Below, piece by piece: positions 38,157-47,649 of a stretch of 64,000 nucleotides of DNA. Positions within the stretch are counted from its first letter, which is position 1, and the number at the start of each line of letters is the position of its first letter. The notes under the pieces are model-generated. The model did not search any database. It was not told where the DNA came from and saw nothing but the letters and a program-made list of their open reading frames with translations. Origin of the DNA: an uncultured Actinomycetes bacterium (GTDB taxonomy: Bacteria > Actinomycetota > Thermoleophilia > RBG-16-64-13); the NCBI GenBank assembly GCA_963706025.1, contig CAVPLM010000006.1, forward strand, positions 1 through 64,000. The letters are read 5' to 3'. The translations under genes were made by a program, and so were the position numbers.

Positions 38157-38181
38157 TTCTTTGTACCCGAGATGCAAGTAT
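38157..38181 (+). promoter_or_regulatory. Candidate TetR operator, copy 2
   Basis: TTCTTTGTAC-CCGAGA-TGCAAGTAT upstream of the tetR gene. Confidence 0.6.
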
Positions 38182-38203
38182 ACAGTCAGGTCGTCAAGAG
38201 TCT

Positions 38204-38650
38204 CTAGAGATAGTCGCCCGTGTTCAAGCCCATCGCGACGTTGAGGATGGGCCTGTCTACCCGCAGGAAGTTCATTGGGGCGTGTACCAAGCCCTTGGGC
38301 ACGTATATCAGGCTGGTCGAGTCGATGACGAATCTCTCCGCCTCTTCGCCCGCGCCCATGAACCACTCTATCTCTCCGCCCAGATCGCTCGTGTCTCTGG
38401 GGTTGGAGCCGATGAGCAACACGATCTCATCGAAGGGGTGGGAGTGAGCGCCGAGCAGGTCGGCCGGACTGGGGATCTCCCATATCCACATTATGTCCAG
38501 CCAATGGCCGGCCTCTTTGAGGATCTCTTTGTCCAGGTAGACCTCGTCCGGGAAGGTGATGCCGGAAACCTCGGTGAAATCGTGATGAGCCAGTTCTGTC
38601 ATGAGTCTTGGCCGGGTGATCACATACCTGCCGTACTTGCTTTCCGCCAT
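38204..38650 (-). CDS. Uncharacterised cupin-like protein
   Basis: HSHPFDE and YVPKGLVH metal-binding motifs. Confidence 0.8.
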   Translation of the reverse strand: MAESKYGRYVITRPRLMTELAHHDFTEVSGITFPDEVYLDKEILKEAGHWLDIMWIWEIPSPADLLGAHSHPFDEIVLLIGSNPRDTSDLGGEIEWFMGAGEEAERFVIDSTSLIYVPKGLVHAPMNFLRVDRPILNVAMGLNTGDYL

Positions 38651-38907
38651 GCCTCGTCACTCCTTTCGACTAGCCTCCCGGAGCGCTCCCTGAGCGGTGC
38701 CAGGTGCGCGGTCACCGTAGCATACATGCATCACCGGCTTGCCGGGGTCGCTCCTACTCCGGCGCAGTGCGGGTTCCGGCGGACGGTGCCACGGCCGCTG
38801 CTTCCGGACCGGCGGAGGGCAAAACGATAGCACCTCGTCGGCCCAGTTCGGCTTGATGTACACTTTCGTCGTACACCGCCTAGCAGCCAGGAATCCGGGA
38901 GGGTCGA

Positions 38908-39552
38908 ATGCTTGTCCGTGACCGAATGTCCAAGAATCCCATCACCACCTACCCCCACGCGAGCGTGCCCGACGCGCTACAGGTGATGCGCGGGAGCAAA
39001 GTCCGCCAGTTGCCCGTGCTCACGGAAAAAGGCGAGTTGATCGGCATCGTGTCTCTGGAGGATCTGCTCAGAGTCTCGCCATCGCCTGCCACCTCACTGA
39101 GCGTGTACGAACTGAACTACCTACTCGAGAAGATGAAGGTGGAAGACGTGATGACGCGCGAGGTCATCACCGTCACCCAAGACATGGCGCTGGAAGAAGC
39201 CGGGCGCATCATGGCCGACAACAAGATCAGCGGCGTGCCGGTCCTGCGTGACGGAGAACTGGTCGGCATCATCACCGAGACCCACCTCTTCAACGTTCTC
39301 CTGGAGCTCTTCGGCGCTCGCGAACCCGGTGTGCGCGTCGTCTTCCATATCCCCGAGGTGAAGGGGACATTCGCCAACATAACCGGGGCGATCTCCGCCC
39401 AGGGTGGCAGGATCATCGCCTTCGGCGAGGCGCTCGGCGCTCCGGGCACGAGAACGGTGACCATGAAGGTGCAGGACGTGGAGCGCGAGGCCTTGCTTGA
39501 CGCCATCCGGCCTTTCGTGCTGGATATCGAGGACGTCCGCGAATCGCAGTAG
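38908..39552 (+). CDS. CBS-CBS-ACT domain protein (AcuB-like)
   Basis: MLVRDRMSKNPIT, SPSPATSLSVYELNYLL, LVGIITETHL, C-terminal ACT-like region. Confidence 0.92.
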   Translation: MLVRDRMSKNPITTYPHASVPDALQVMRGSKVRQLPVLTEKGELIGIVSLEDLLRVSPSPATSLSVYELNYLLEKMKVEDVMTREVITVTQDMALEEAGRIMADNKISGVPVLRDGELVGIITETHLFNVLLELFGAREPGVRVVFHIPEVKGTFANITGAISAQGGRIIAFGEALGAPGTRTVTMKVQDVEREALLDAIRPFVLDIEDVRESQ

Positions 39553-40388
39553 CTGGCCTGAACGCTGCCATCCTTGAACGGGCCCGCCACTGGGGCGCAT
39601 CGCTTGCAGGGTTCGCCGCGATCGCCGATCTGAGGGCGGCGCCGTCCTTCACGTTCGCCCCCAGGCTGCTCCTCGAGGCGGGCGCTGGGGTCGCCACACG
39701 TTGGAGCAGGCTGGGCCTGGAGCCCGGTGAAGTCGCCTGGCCGGAGGGCGCTCGAAGCGTGTTGGTGATCGCAGTCGAGCACCCGGTGGACCGGCCGGAG
39801 ATGGACTGGTGGTTCGGTCGTTCCGACCCACCCGGGAATCGGATCCTGGCAGATACGATTCAGCGGCTTTGCGACTGGATCCCGGAGGCCTTCGGCATCC
39901 GGACCTTCCACCTGCCCTACCACGTCGAGAGGGGTGGCATATACCTCAAGGATGCGGCGGTCGTGGCGGGTCTGGGGTGCATCGGGCGCAACAACCTGCT
40001 CGTTACCCGGGAGTACGGTCCTCGGGTCAGGTTGCGGGCGCTGACTCTGGACGTGGACCTGCCGTCGACCGGCCCGCTGCCGTCGACCGGCCCGCTGGGA
40101 TTCGATCCCTGCGAAGGGTGCGATGCACCGTGTTTGCGGGCCTGCCCTCGGGGCGCGTTCGACCGGCGGGTCTATGATCCCGCGAAGGTGGGTCCGAACG
40201 TGGGTCCGGGACAGCTGCCGGGAAGGACCGGGCACTTCTCGCGCGCGGCATGCAATATCCAGATGGAGGCCGATATCGAGAACGCCGTCGAGCAACCCGG
40301 CGGGGGCGGTGACGACTGCATGAAGATCGTCAAGTACTGCCGGGCATGCGAGCTCAGCTGTCCCGTGGGGTCGGCGGAGCGCCTGTAG
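39549..40388 (+). CDS. Epoxyqueuosine reductase-like 4Fe-4S protein
   Basis: LKDAAVVAGLGCIGRNNLL, YGPRVRL, CEGCDAPCLRACP, CRACELSCP; the frame is open and plausibly coding from about 39549 (ARHWGASLAGFA), but the first canonical start is 39759. Confidence 0.82.
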   Translation, partial: VAGLNAAILERARHWGASLAGFAAIADLRAAPSFTFAPRLLLEAGAGVATRWSRLGLEPGEVAWPEGARSVLVIAVEHPVDRPEMDWWFGRSDPPGNRILADTIQRLCDWIPEAFGIRTFHLPYHVERGGIYLKDAAVVAGLGCIGRNNLLVTREYGPRVRLRALTLDVDLPSTGPLPSTGPLGFDPCEGCDAPCLRACPRGAFDRRVYDPAKVGPNVGPGQLPGRTGHFSRAACNIQMEADIENAVEQPGGGGDDCMKIVKYCRACELSCPVGSAERL

Positions 40389-40520
40389 CTGGGGGAGTGA
40401 AACCAAAGGACCGAGCGGCTCGTCGGACAATACCAGCGGTGGCTCTACCGGGACGACCGGGTGCAAGCGCTGATCCGGACGGAAGCTCTGAGAAGGATCG
40501 AGGAATCGAAAGGAACTGTG

Positions 40521-41339
40521 ATGACGCTCACGCGTCGTGGACTACTGAGGACGATAGGAGTGGTGGTGATGGCTTTCAGCTTCGCGTTGGGATTGGGTGG
40601 TCTCTTCGGAGGTTGCGGCGGTTCGGCAGCGACCGCGCCCGAGAACGACTCGCGTGTGGAGTACCGCCTCCTCTGGATCAGGAGGTGCCTGGCTCTTTCC
40701 AGACGGCATCGTTCGCCCTTGGCTGATTCTGGGGCGCTGAGGCCCAGTTTGGGTGCCTCGACGGAGTCATAAGAACGCGGGTCGGTTACACCGGGGGAAC
40801 GAAGGAGAACCCTTCCTACTACAGTCTGGGCGATCACACCGAGACCGTGCAACTGGATTTCGACCCCTCGCGGGTGACTTACGAACAGCTGGTGGAGACC
40901 TTCTTCGCCAGTCATGACGCCTCGCGTGGGTCGTTCAAGGTCCAGTACATGTCGGCCATCTTCTTTCACGACCTCGAGCAGGAGCGGATCGCGCGGGAGG
41001 TCAAGGCCCGTCGTAGAGAAGCAGACCGGACGGACTCTTCAGACCAAGATCCTCGCGGCCTCCACGTTTTACATGGCCGAGGACTATCACCAGAAGTACG
41101 CGTTACAGGGTGACAGACGGCTATTCGGAGAGTTCCGACAGATGTATCCGGATCTTTGGGCGATGGTCGATTCGACGGCTGCCGCGCGGGTGAACGCCTA
41201 TCTGTACGGATACGGTTCGACCGAGCAATTGCGGGCCGAGTCGGACCGCCTGGGGCTTTCCGCGGAGAGCAGAGCGCGCCTGCTGGATATGGCCGATAGA
41301 TTGGAGCCGGTGGGCTGTCCACTGCCCACCACGAATTGA
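40521..41339 (+). CDS. msrA: Peptide methionine sulfoxide reductase A, probable selenoprotein with export signal (indels near 40650 and 41010)
   Basis: FALG-TGA-FWGAEAQFG, RTRVGYTGG, NPSY, DHTETVQLDFDP, QYMSAIF, FYMAEDYHQKY; leader TRRGLL...FGGC. Confidence 0.9.
40739..40759 (+). promoter_or_regulatory. Candidate bacterial SECIS hairpin
   Basis: GAGGCCCA-GTT-TGGGTGCCTC; apical-loop G lies 20 nt after the TGA at 40724-40726. Confidence 0.6.
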
Positions 41340-41347
41340 GCCTAGTT

Positions 41348-42472
41348 TTAACGTTCCGGGCGCGGGCGCTTGAACCGCGGCTTGAGCGAGAGCTCGTACG
41401 TGCGGCGTAGGGTGGCTTTCCGGGAAGGGTAGAGCAGAGCCCCGACATCTGCAGGCAGATCGACGACGGCCGTGCCCGGCGAAGACGCCACGCGGGCGTC
41501 GAAGCCGCACGCCCTCCTCGGGGCTCGGCCGGTCGCGCCAGGATCCAGAGGACTTCCAGTGCGGCAGCGCCGTAGGTGGCGACCTCCTGCCGGCTCTCCA
41601 GGATCTCGAACCCGTTGATGAGAGACAGGCGGGCCAAGGAGTTCCTGGTGAAGAAGTTGACATGGGTGACCGGATCAGCCTCCAATCTCACTCCCGCCCA
41701 TATCTCCTGGGGCACCTCGGCATAGAGCACCCCTGAGGGGTCAAGGTGCCGCCGGAAGAAGTTCACCAGGCTGGTGAGGTCACTCACGTGCTCGAGGACG
41801 TGGCTGCAGATGATCAGGTCGAACGCCTCATCTCCGGTGAAGGCGTCTCTGGTGAAGCCGCCCATGTCGTCGCAGATCTTGGTCACGCCGGAAACCGGGT
41901 TGTCGTTATAGTCGATGAGGTAGCAGGAGTGCCCGCCGGCTACGAACGGTTCCAGCAACTTGCCGTTACCACCACCGTAGTCGAGCACTCTCAGCGCGCC
42001 GCCGGAGCTGAGGTAGGGCATGCACCGGTCACGGACCCGGCCGGCCCTCATGAGGTCAGAGCGCAGCGCTCGGGAATCGTAGCCGGCCTGGCCGCCGACG
42101 TCAGGCTCCACCTGCTTGAGGTAGGCGTATTTGGCGGAGACCTCTTGTTCCGTGGGCCGAGGAGAATAGGCCATGAACCCGCATGCGGTGCAGTGGACAG
42201 AGGTCAAGCGTGGTGGTCTCTGCGGTGGGAAACCACACCTCGAACAGGACCTTTCTCCGCAGGAACTGGTAGCTGCTCACGCTGCGGCAGGCGACCGGCC
42301 TTCTCCTGGGGCGGGCGAGGAGCAGGGTACGGCCGGCCGTCTTGACCCTGCGCCAGAAAAGGGTGAGGGGGAGAGCCCTCCCTCCGAGATGGTCCGTCCG
42401 GGCATAGACGAAGGTCTCCACGGGAGACCAATCCTGAGTTCCACAGACGGGACATGCGAAGGTGTCGAGCAT
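41348..42472 (-). CDS. Class I SAM-dependent methyltransferase with N-terminal Cys pairs (frameshifted)
   Basis: CPVCG and CTACG; VLDYGGGNG; CSHVLEHV; YAEVP; HVNFFT; indels near 42200 and 41490. Confidence 0.85.
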
Positions 42473-42528
42473 TTGTCTGGCTGTCCGGTCTATACTCGGT
42501 GAGGCGTGGACACGGAGGGGAGCTTCTC

Positions 42529-44043
42529 ATGCGGCGTCACAGATTTCCAGGTCTCGTGCTCGGCTCGGCCGTCTTACTTGCCGTCGCGCTGATATGCGGC
42601 GCATTATCGGGGTCTGGTCAGGTGCTTGCCGCAGGCACCCGTGCCGCGGATGCTATGCCGGCACAGCAGCTGTCGGCCGCGACGGCGGACGACGACATTC
42701 CTGGCGTCTCGCTCGCGGTGGGAGCGACCGTCTCGGGGACGGTGACATCGGCGGATGCCGGGGATGTCTATGCCGTGATCCTTAGCGAGGGCGAGGAAGT
42801 CCATTTTCGCTGCGATCCGGGGAAGGCCGGCAGCGCAGAAGGGATCTTCCATTTGCTGGTGCCGGGGGCCGTATCCGTGCAGAACCCAGGTCGGTATGAC
42901 GAGGTGGCCTACAATCTGATCGCCGGCAGCCCCACGCGCCACTGGGCCGACTTTGACTACGTGCCGGCACGATCCGGCACCTACTACCTCTGGGTGGATT
43001 GGAAAGACGGCACCTTGGACTACGAGCTGTCGGTGAAGCGCACGTCTCGGGCCGCGCTCGATCTTGTCTCTGACTCCGACGATATCCCGGGGACTCCGGT
43101 AGGTTCCGGTACTCTCGAGGGTATTGTCTCCGCTCTGGCCGACCCGGACGACGTGTATGCCGTCGTGCTCACTGCGGGTAAGCCGGTGACGGTGCAGCTC
43201 ATGCCCCTCACGCCTTACGGCAACACCATCTCGGCCCTCGCCTACCTCATGCTGCTCGATCCGGACACGGTCAGTCTTGCCGACACCGGCAACCGCGCGC
43301 TGGTGGGGCCGGTCCAGGCGAGGAACAGCAAGGAAGCGTACACGCGGCAAACGGCCGAGATCCGCTACATGCCGGCGAGGACAGGCACCTACTTTGTCCG
43401 CGTGCGGGCGGGAAGTGTGCCTTATGGCAGCAACTTCGCTTATCGGCTGCGGATACTAGGGAGTGGGGGTGCCGTGGAGCCTCCGGACTTCTCGGACGTG
43501 GCGGATTCCCCCTATGCGTCGGCCATCTACGAGCTGGCCGCCCGGGGGATCGTCTCTGGTTTCGTTGACGGTACCTTCCGTCCGGGCGAACCGGTGAGCC
43601 GCCAGCAGTTCGCCAAGATGATCGTCAGGACTCTGGGACTCAGCGTCACCGGCACCGAAGTCTGCCCCTTCCCTGATGTAGGCAGTGGGATGGACCCCTT
43701 CGACCCGTTCTATCCGGACAAATACGTGGCGGTTTGTGGCGTCCATCGGATAGCCCAGGGCTATGCCAACGGGACTTTCGGGCCCTACGACCGCATCCTG
43801 CGCCAGCAGCTGATCAGCATGGTGGCGCGGGCCGCGGCGCTGCCGGGCCCGCCCGATGGTTACGTGCCCGAGTTCTTGCCGGGGCAGTTCTATCCCGATG
43901 AACACTACCTGAACGCCCGCAAGGCCGCCCATGCCGGACTCCTGGACGGACTGCCGGGAGTGGGTCCCTCCTACGATTTCTATGCTCCCTCGAGCCGGGG
44001 CGAATGCGCCCAGGTGTTGTACAACTTGCTGGAGAGGCAGTAG
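42529..44043 (+). CDS. Secreted SLH-domain protein with two PPC-like beta-sandwich repeats
   Basis: Signal peptide; repeated DDIPG...DVYAV.L...PAR.GTY; SLH FSDV...GIVSGFVDGTFRP...SRQQFAKMI. Confidence 0.88.
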   Translation: MRRHRFPGLVLGSAVLLAVALICGALSGSGQVLAAGTRAADAMPAQQLSAATADDDIPGVSLAVGATVSGTVTSADAGDVYAVILSEGEEVHFRCDPGKAGSAEGIFHLLVPGAVSVQNPGRYDEVAYNLIAGSPTRHWADFDYVPARSGTYYLWVDWKDGTLDYELSVKRTSRAALDLVSDSDDIPGTPVGSGTLEGIVSALADPDDVYAVVLTAGKPVTVQLMPLTPYGNTISALAYLMLLDPDTVSLADTGNRALVGPVQARNSKEAYTRQTAEIRYMPARTGTYFVRVRAGSVPYGSNFAYRLRILGSGGAVEPPDFSDVADSPYASAIYELAARGIVSGFVDGTFRPGEPVSRQQFAKMIVRTLGLSVTGTEVCPFPDVGSGMDPFDPFYPDKYVAVCGVHRIAQGYANGTFGPYDRILRQQLISMVARAAALPGPPDGYVPEFLPGQFYPDEHYLNARKAAHAGLLDGLPGVGPSYDFYAPSSRGECAQVLYNLLERQ

Positions 44044-44110
44044 CCGGACCGGCGCCGCGCCCGGCGATCCGGTGGTTGCGACGAATGGAATCGCAAGAAC
44101 GGAGTGTTCG

Positions 44111-45388
44111 ATGACCTTTGAGACCGTGTTCACCATGGATTCCTCGAGCATCAAGTTCGGGGCCGGAGCCACCCGCGAGGTAGGCCTCGACATGAAGGAG
44201 TTGGGTGCACGCCGGGTCATGGTGGTGACCGACCCCACCCTATCGACGTCCGAGCCGGTAGCCGTCGCCCTCGCGGCTCTGCGGGACGAAGGGATCGAGA
44301 CCGTCCTGTTCGACCAGGTCCGCATCGAGCCTAACGACGTGTCGTTCAAGGAAGCCATCGCCTTCGCGACCGAGGGCAGGTTCGACGGTTACCTGGCCAT
44401 AGGCGGCGGCTCGACCATGGATACGGCCAAGGCGGCCAATCTCTACGCCACCTATCCGGCGGATCTCTTGGAATACGTGAACGCTCCCATCGGCAGGGCC
44501 ACGCCTGTGCCCGGGCCTGTGCAGCCGCTGATCGCCATCCCCACCACGGCGGGCACCGGCAGCGAGACCACCGGCGTGGCCATCTTCGACTTCTCCGAGA
44601 TGCACGCCAAGACCGGCATCGCCCATCGCGCTCTACGGCCTAGGCTGGGGATCGTGGACCCCGACAACACGCGCACTCTCCCCAAGATGGCGGTCGCCTG
44701 CACGGCCCTCGACGTTTTCAGCCATGCTCTGGAGTCGCTCACCGCGCTCCCGTTCGACCAACGACAAGCACCGGAAAGCCCCCGAGTACGCCCCGCCTAC
44801 CAAGGTGCGAACCCCATCAGCAACATCTGGGCGTCAAAGGCGGCCGAGATCGGCTCGAAGTACATGGGGCGGGCCATCGAGGACCCTGACGACGACGAGG
44901 CAAGGACCAACATGATCCTGGCCTCTACCATCGCGGGCATCGGCTTCGGCTCGGCGGGGGTGACGCTACCCCACGGGATGTCCTACCCCATCGCCGGCAT
45001 GGTGCGCGACTACCGGCCGGAGGGCTATCCGCAAGATCACGCCCTCATCCCTCACGGGATGGCGGTCATCCTTGGCGCTCCGGCGGCGTTCCGGTTCATG
45101 GGTCCGGGCAACCCGCGGATGTTTCTGCGGGCCGCCGAGTTGATCGGCGCCGACGTCTCCGATGCCGGGCTGGATGATGCGGGCGAGGTCCTCGCCCTGG
45201 CAGTGATCGAGGTCATGAAAAAGGCGGGTATGCCCAACGGCCTGCGAGCGGTCGGCTACACGCCGGACGATGTGGACGCGCTCGTAGAAGGAGTGCTGCC
45301 GCAGCACCGGGTAACGAAGCTCTCGCCTCGACCGGCGACCGCCGCCGATTTCAGGCAGCTGTTCCTCGATTCGATGACCATCTGGTAG
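44111..45388 (+). CDS. Hydroxyacid-oxoacid transhydrogenase-like iron-containing alcohol dehydrogenase
   Basis: GGGSTMDTAKAANLY, PTTAGTGSETTGVAIFD, RPAYQGANP, HGMSYPIAG, PHG. Confidence 0.92.
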   Translation: MTFETVFTMDSSSIKFGAGATREVGLDMKELGARRVMVVTDPTLSTSEPVAVALAALRDEGIETVLFDQVRIEPNDVSFKEAIAFATEGRFDGYLAIGGGSTMDTAKAANLYATYPADLLEYVNAPIGRATPVPGPVQPLIAIPTTAGTGSETTGVAIFDFSEMHAKTGIAHRALRPRLGIVDPDNTRTLPKMAVACTALDVFSHALESLTALPFDQRQAPESPRVRPAYQGANPISNIWASKAAEIGSKYMGRAIEDPDDDEARTNMILASTIAGIGFGSAGVTLPHGMSYPIAGMVRDYRPEGYPQDHALIPHGMAVILGAPAAFRFMGPGNPRMFLRAAELIGADVSDAGLDDAGEVLALAVIEVMKKAGMPNGLRAVGYTPDDVDALVEGVLPQHRVTKLSPRPATAADFRQLFLDSMTIW

Positions 45389-45471
45389 TCAAACCGGGAC
45401 GCCGTAGTCTCGGGCCCCTTCGCGCGGTGGTGCGCAGGTCGGCAAGAAGGGCCGCGCCTGCACCTGCCCAG

Positions 45472-46926
45472 CTACAACTCAGCGGCCGGACTCGCGGTCT
45501 GTACGGGTGTTTCGTGAGGGGGCATGGACCCGCGGGCGAGTGACGCCGCCACGCCCACCGCGCACAGGGCCGTCATGATGGCGAACGTGACCCGTATCGC
45601 GGTAAGGAGGTTCGGGTAGTCAGCAGGTTCTATGGTTTGCTCCCCCACGATGATCCCCAGCACCATGGTGGCCAGCCCGATGCTGATTGCCTGTCCCACC
45701 ACTCTGGTCGTTCCTACACTCGCCCCTGCGATCCCCACATACCGCCGGTCCACGCTCCCCATGATTGAACTCAGGTTGGGGGTCGAGAAGAAGGCATACC
45801 CGAGCCCGAGGACGACCAAGCCCGACACGATGTACCAGTAGGGCGTGTCGGTGGCCAAGAAACTGAAAGCGAACAAGCCTATCACGCAGAGCGTCATGCC
45901 GCCGGAAGCGACCCACCGAGGCTGGACGCGGTCGGACAGCCGGCCCGCCAGGGGCGAGAAAGAGGCCTGGAACGCCACCCCGGCGACGAGCACCAGCCCG
46001 GCCGTCTGAGCGTTCAGTCCCTTGACGAACTGCAGGTAGAGGCTCATCAGGAAACTCATGGCCCACACGGACGCATAGCTGATGAGGGCCGCCAAGTTCG
46101 AGAAGGCGAAGACCCGGTTGTGGCGAAACAGACTGACTTCGATGACAGGCGAGCGAGCCCGTGTCTCCCACCACACAAAGAGGGCCAGGCCTAACGCTCC
46201 CGCGGCCATAACGGTCACTCCTCTCACCTGGGGCAGCCACGAGAGCCCCAGCAGGAAGAGCGACAGAGAGACCGCATAAGCGATAGATCCGGGCCAGTCG
46301 GAGCCCGTCGCTTCTTCGTCCTTCCACTCGGCGCGGCGGAGTAGCCACAGGTCCAGGCCGAGGTTGATAACTCCGTAGCACGCCCCGATCAGAAAGAGGC
46401 CTCTCCAGCCGATGTTGAAGACGATGACTCCGCCGAGGATCGGCCCCATGGTCTGCCCGAGATACACGATGGCCACGTTGATGCCCATGGCTCTGCCTCG
46501 CCGCTCCGGAGGATAGACGAGAGTGATCATCGCTGTGGAACCCGCGAACATCAGTGCTCCTCCGAAACCCTGTCCGGCTCGGAACGCGACCAACGGCACG
46601 TACGAATCCGCGAACACCAAGGCCAGCGAGCTGAGGAAGAAGATGGTGAGTCCGATGAGATAGATGAGCCGCCGTCCGAAGCGATCGGCGATCTTTCCGA
46701 ACGGCACCAGGAAGACGGCTGAGGCCAGGACGTAGGCCAAGGGGAGCCAGCCGAGGGCGACGGCGCCAAGGTTCAGCTCCGTCTGGATCGAGGGGAGGGC
46801 GATGTTGATGGAGGTGGTCATGAAAGCCAGCATCCACATGGCCATGCTGTTTACCAGCAACACGTGGGCGGCTTTCACGGAGGTGTCGGCAGGCGACAAC
46901 GGCCGAAAGGAAGACCCGGGGTTCAT
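45472..46926 (-). CDS. MFS transporter (DHA2-like, about 14 TM)
   Basis: NIALPSI, GKIADRFGRR, FRAGQGFGG, YPPERRGRAMG, GRLSDR. Confidence 0.94.
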   Translation of the reverse strand: MNPGSSFRPLSPADTSVKAAHVLLVNSMAMWMLAFMTTSINIALPSIQTELNLGAVALGWLPLAYVLASAVFLVPFGKIADRFGRRLIYLIGLTIFFLSSLALVFADSYVPLVAFRAGQGFGGALMFAGSTAMITLVYPPERRGRAMGINVAIVYLGQTMGPILGGVIVFNIGWRGLFLIGACYGVINLGLDLWLLRRAEWKDEEATGSDWPGSIAYAVSLSLFLLGLSWLPQVRGVTVMAAGALGLALFVWWETRARSPVIEVSLFRHNRVFAFSNLAALISYASVWAMSFLMSLYLQFVKGLNAQTAGLVLVAGVAFQASFSPLAGRLSDRVQPRWVASGGMTLCVIGLFAFSFLATDTPYWYIVSGLVVLGLGYAFFSTPNLSSIMGSVDRRYVGIAGASVGTTRVVGQAISIGLATMVLGIIVGEQTIEPADYPNLLTAIRVTFAIMTALCAVGVAASLARGSMPPHETPVQTASPAAEL

Positions 46927-46981
46927 TGGTAGAACTATGACCGTTCGCGCCGGAGGACACAAGTCCGGATTCTGTGCCCAG

Positions 46982-47419
46982 TCACCCCTGTCTGCGGATG
47001 CCGAAGTACCTTCTTGTGGGACGGACGAGAGTCAGCACCAGGATGGCGATACCGATCGCTCCAAAGATGATCTGCAGAGCGACGCCGATCCCGGGTAAGT
47101 AGCCCAGCAGCGCGACTTCGGTGGCGATCCAGATCACGAGACCTCCCCCGACGGCGAGAGAGAGCCACCAACTCCAGCGGTAGCGAAGAAGGAGGCCGAA
47201 GAAGACGATCAACGGAAGCACGCCCAGGACTATCATCAGGATCAGCCCAGGGATCAAGAAGTCGTCGAACGGACTCCCCTGGAGCGTGTCAAGCGGCATC
47301 CCGATGTTGTCGATCGGGTCGAGGACCATGCCGAGCCCCGCGGGGATACCACCTATCGCCTGGATCAGGACTAACAGGGTCAGGGCGATAGCGGTTCCGG
47401 GACGCCTTCTGGCGGCCAT
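46982..47419 (-). CDS. Hypothetical membrane protein (4 TM)
   Basis: GSPFDDFLIPGLIL; hydrophobic helices; SD GGAG. Confidence 0.8.
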   Translation of the reverse strand: MAARRRPGTAIALTLLVLIQAIGGIPAGLGMVLDPIDNIGMPLDTLQGSPFDDFLIPGLILMIVLGVLPLIVFFGLLLRYRWSWWLSLAVGGGLVIWIATEVALLGYLPGIGVALQIIFGAIGIAILVLTLVRPTRRYFGIRRQG

Positions 47420-47649
47420 GGTCTGGGGCTCTCCTTGCAGGGGACGAGATCTTGCCGGGTAGCATACCACTGGGCCTCTCGGCGACGAGGCCGCGAGGGA
47501 TCGAGCCGCCGACTACGTGCGCAAGCAAGCGCGCCAGCTGCGTGCCGTCGGCTGCGGGCGATCTGACGTCAGAAGAACGCGCCCCGGGGTCCGGCCGGAC
47601 CCCGGGGCGTCACCACCAAGTCGTGTCAGGTGCGCGTCAGGCCACAGGA

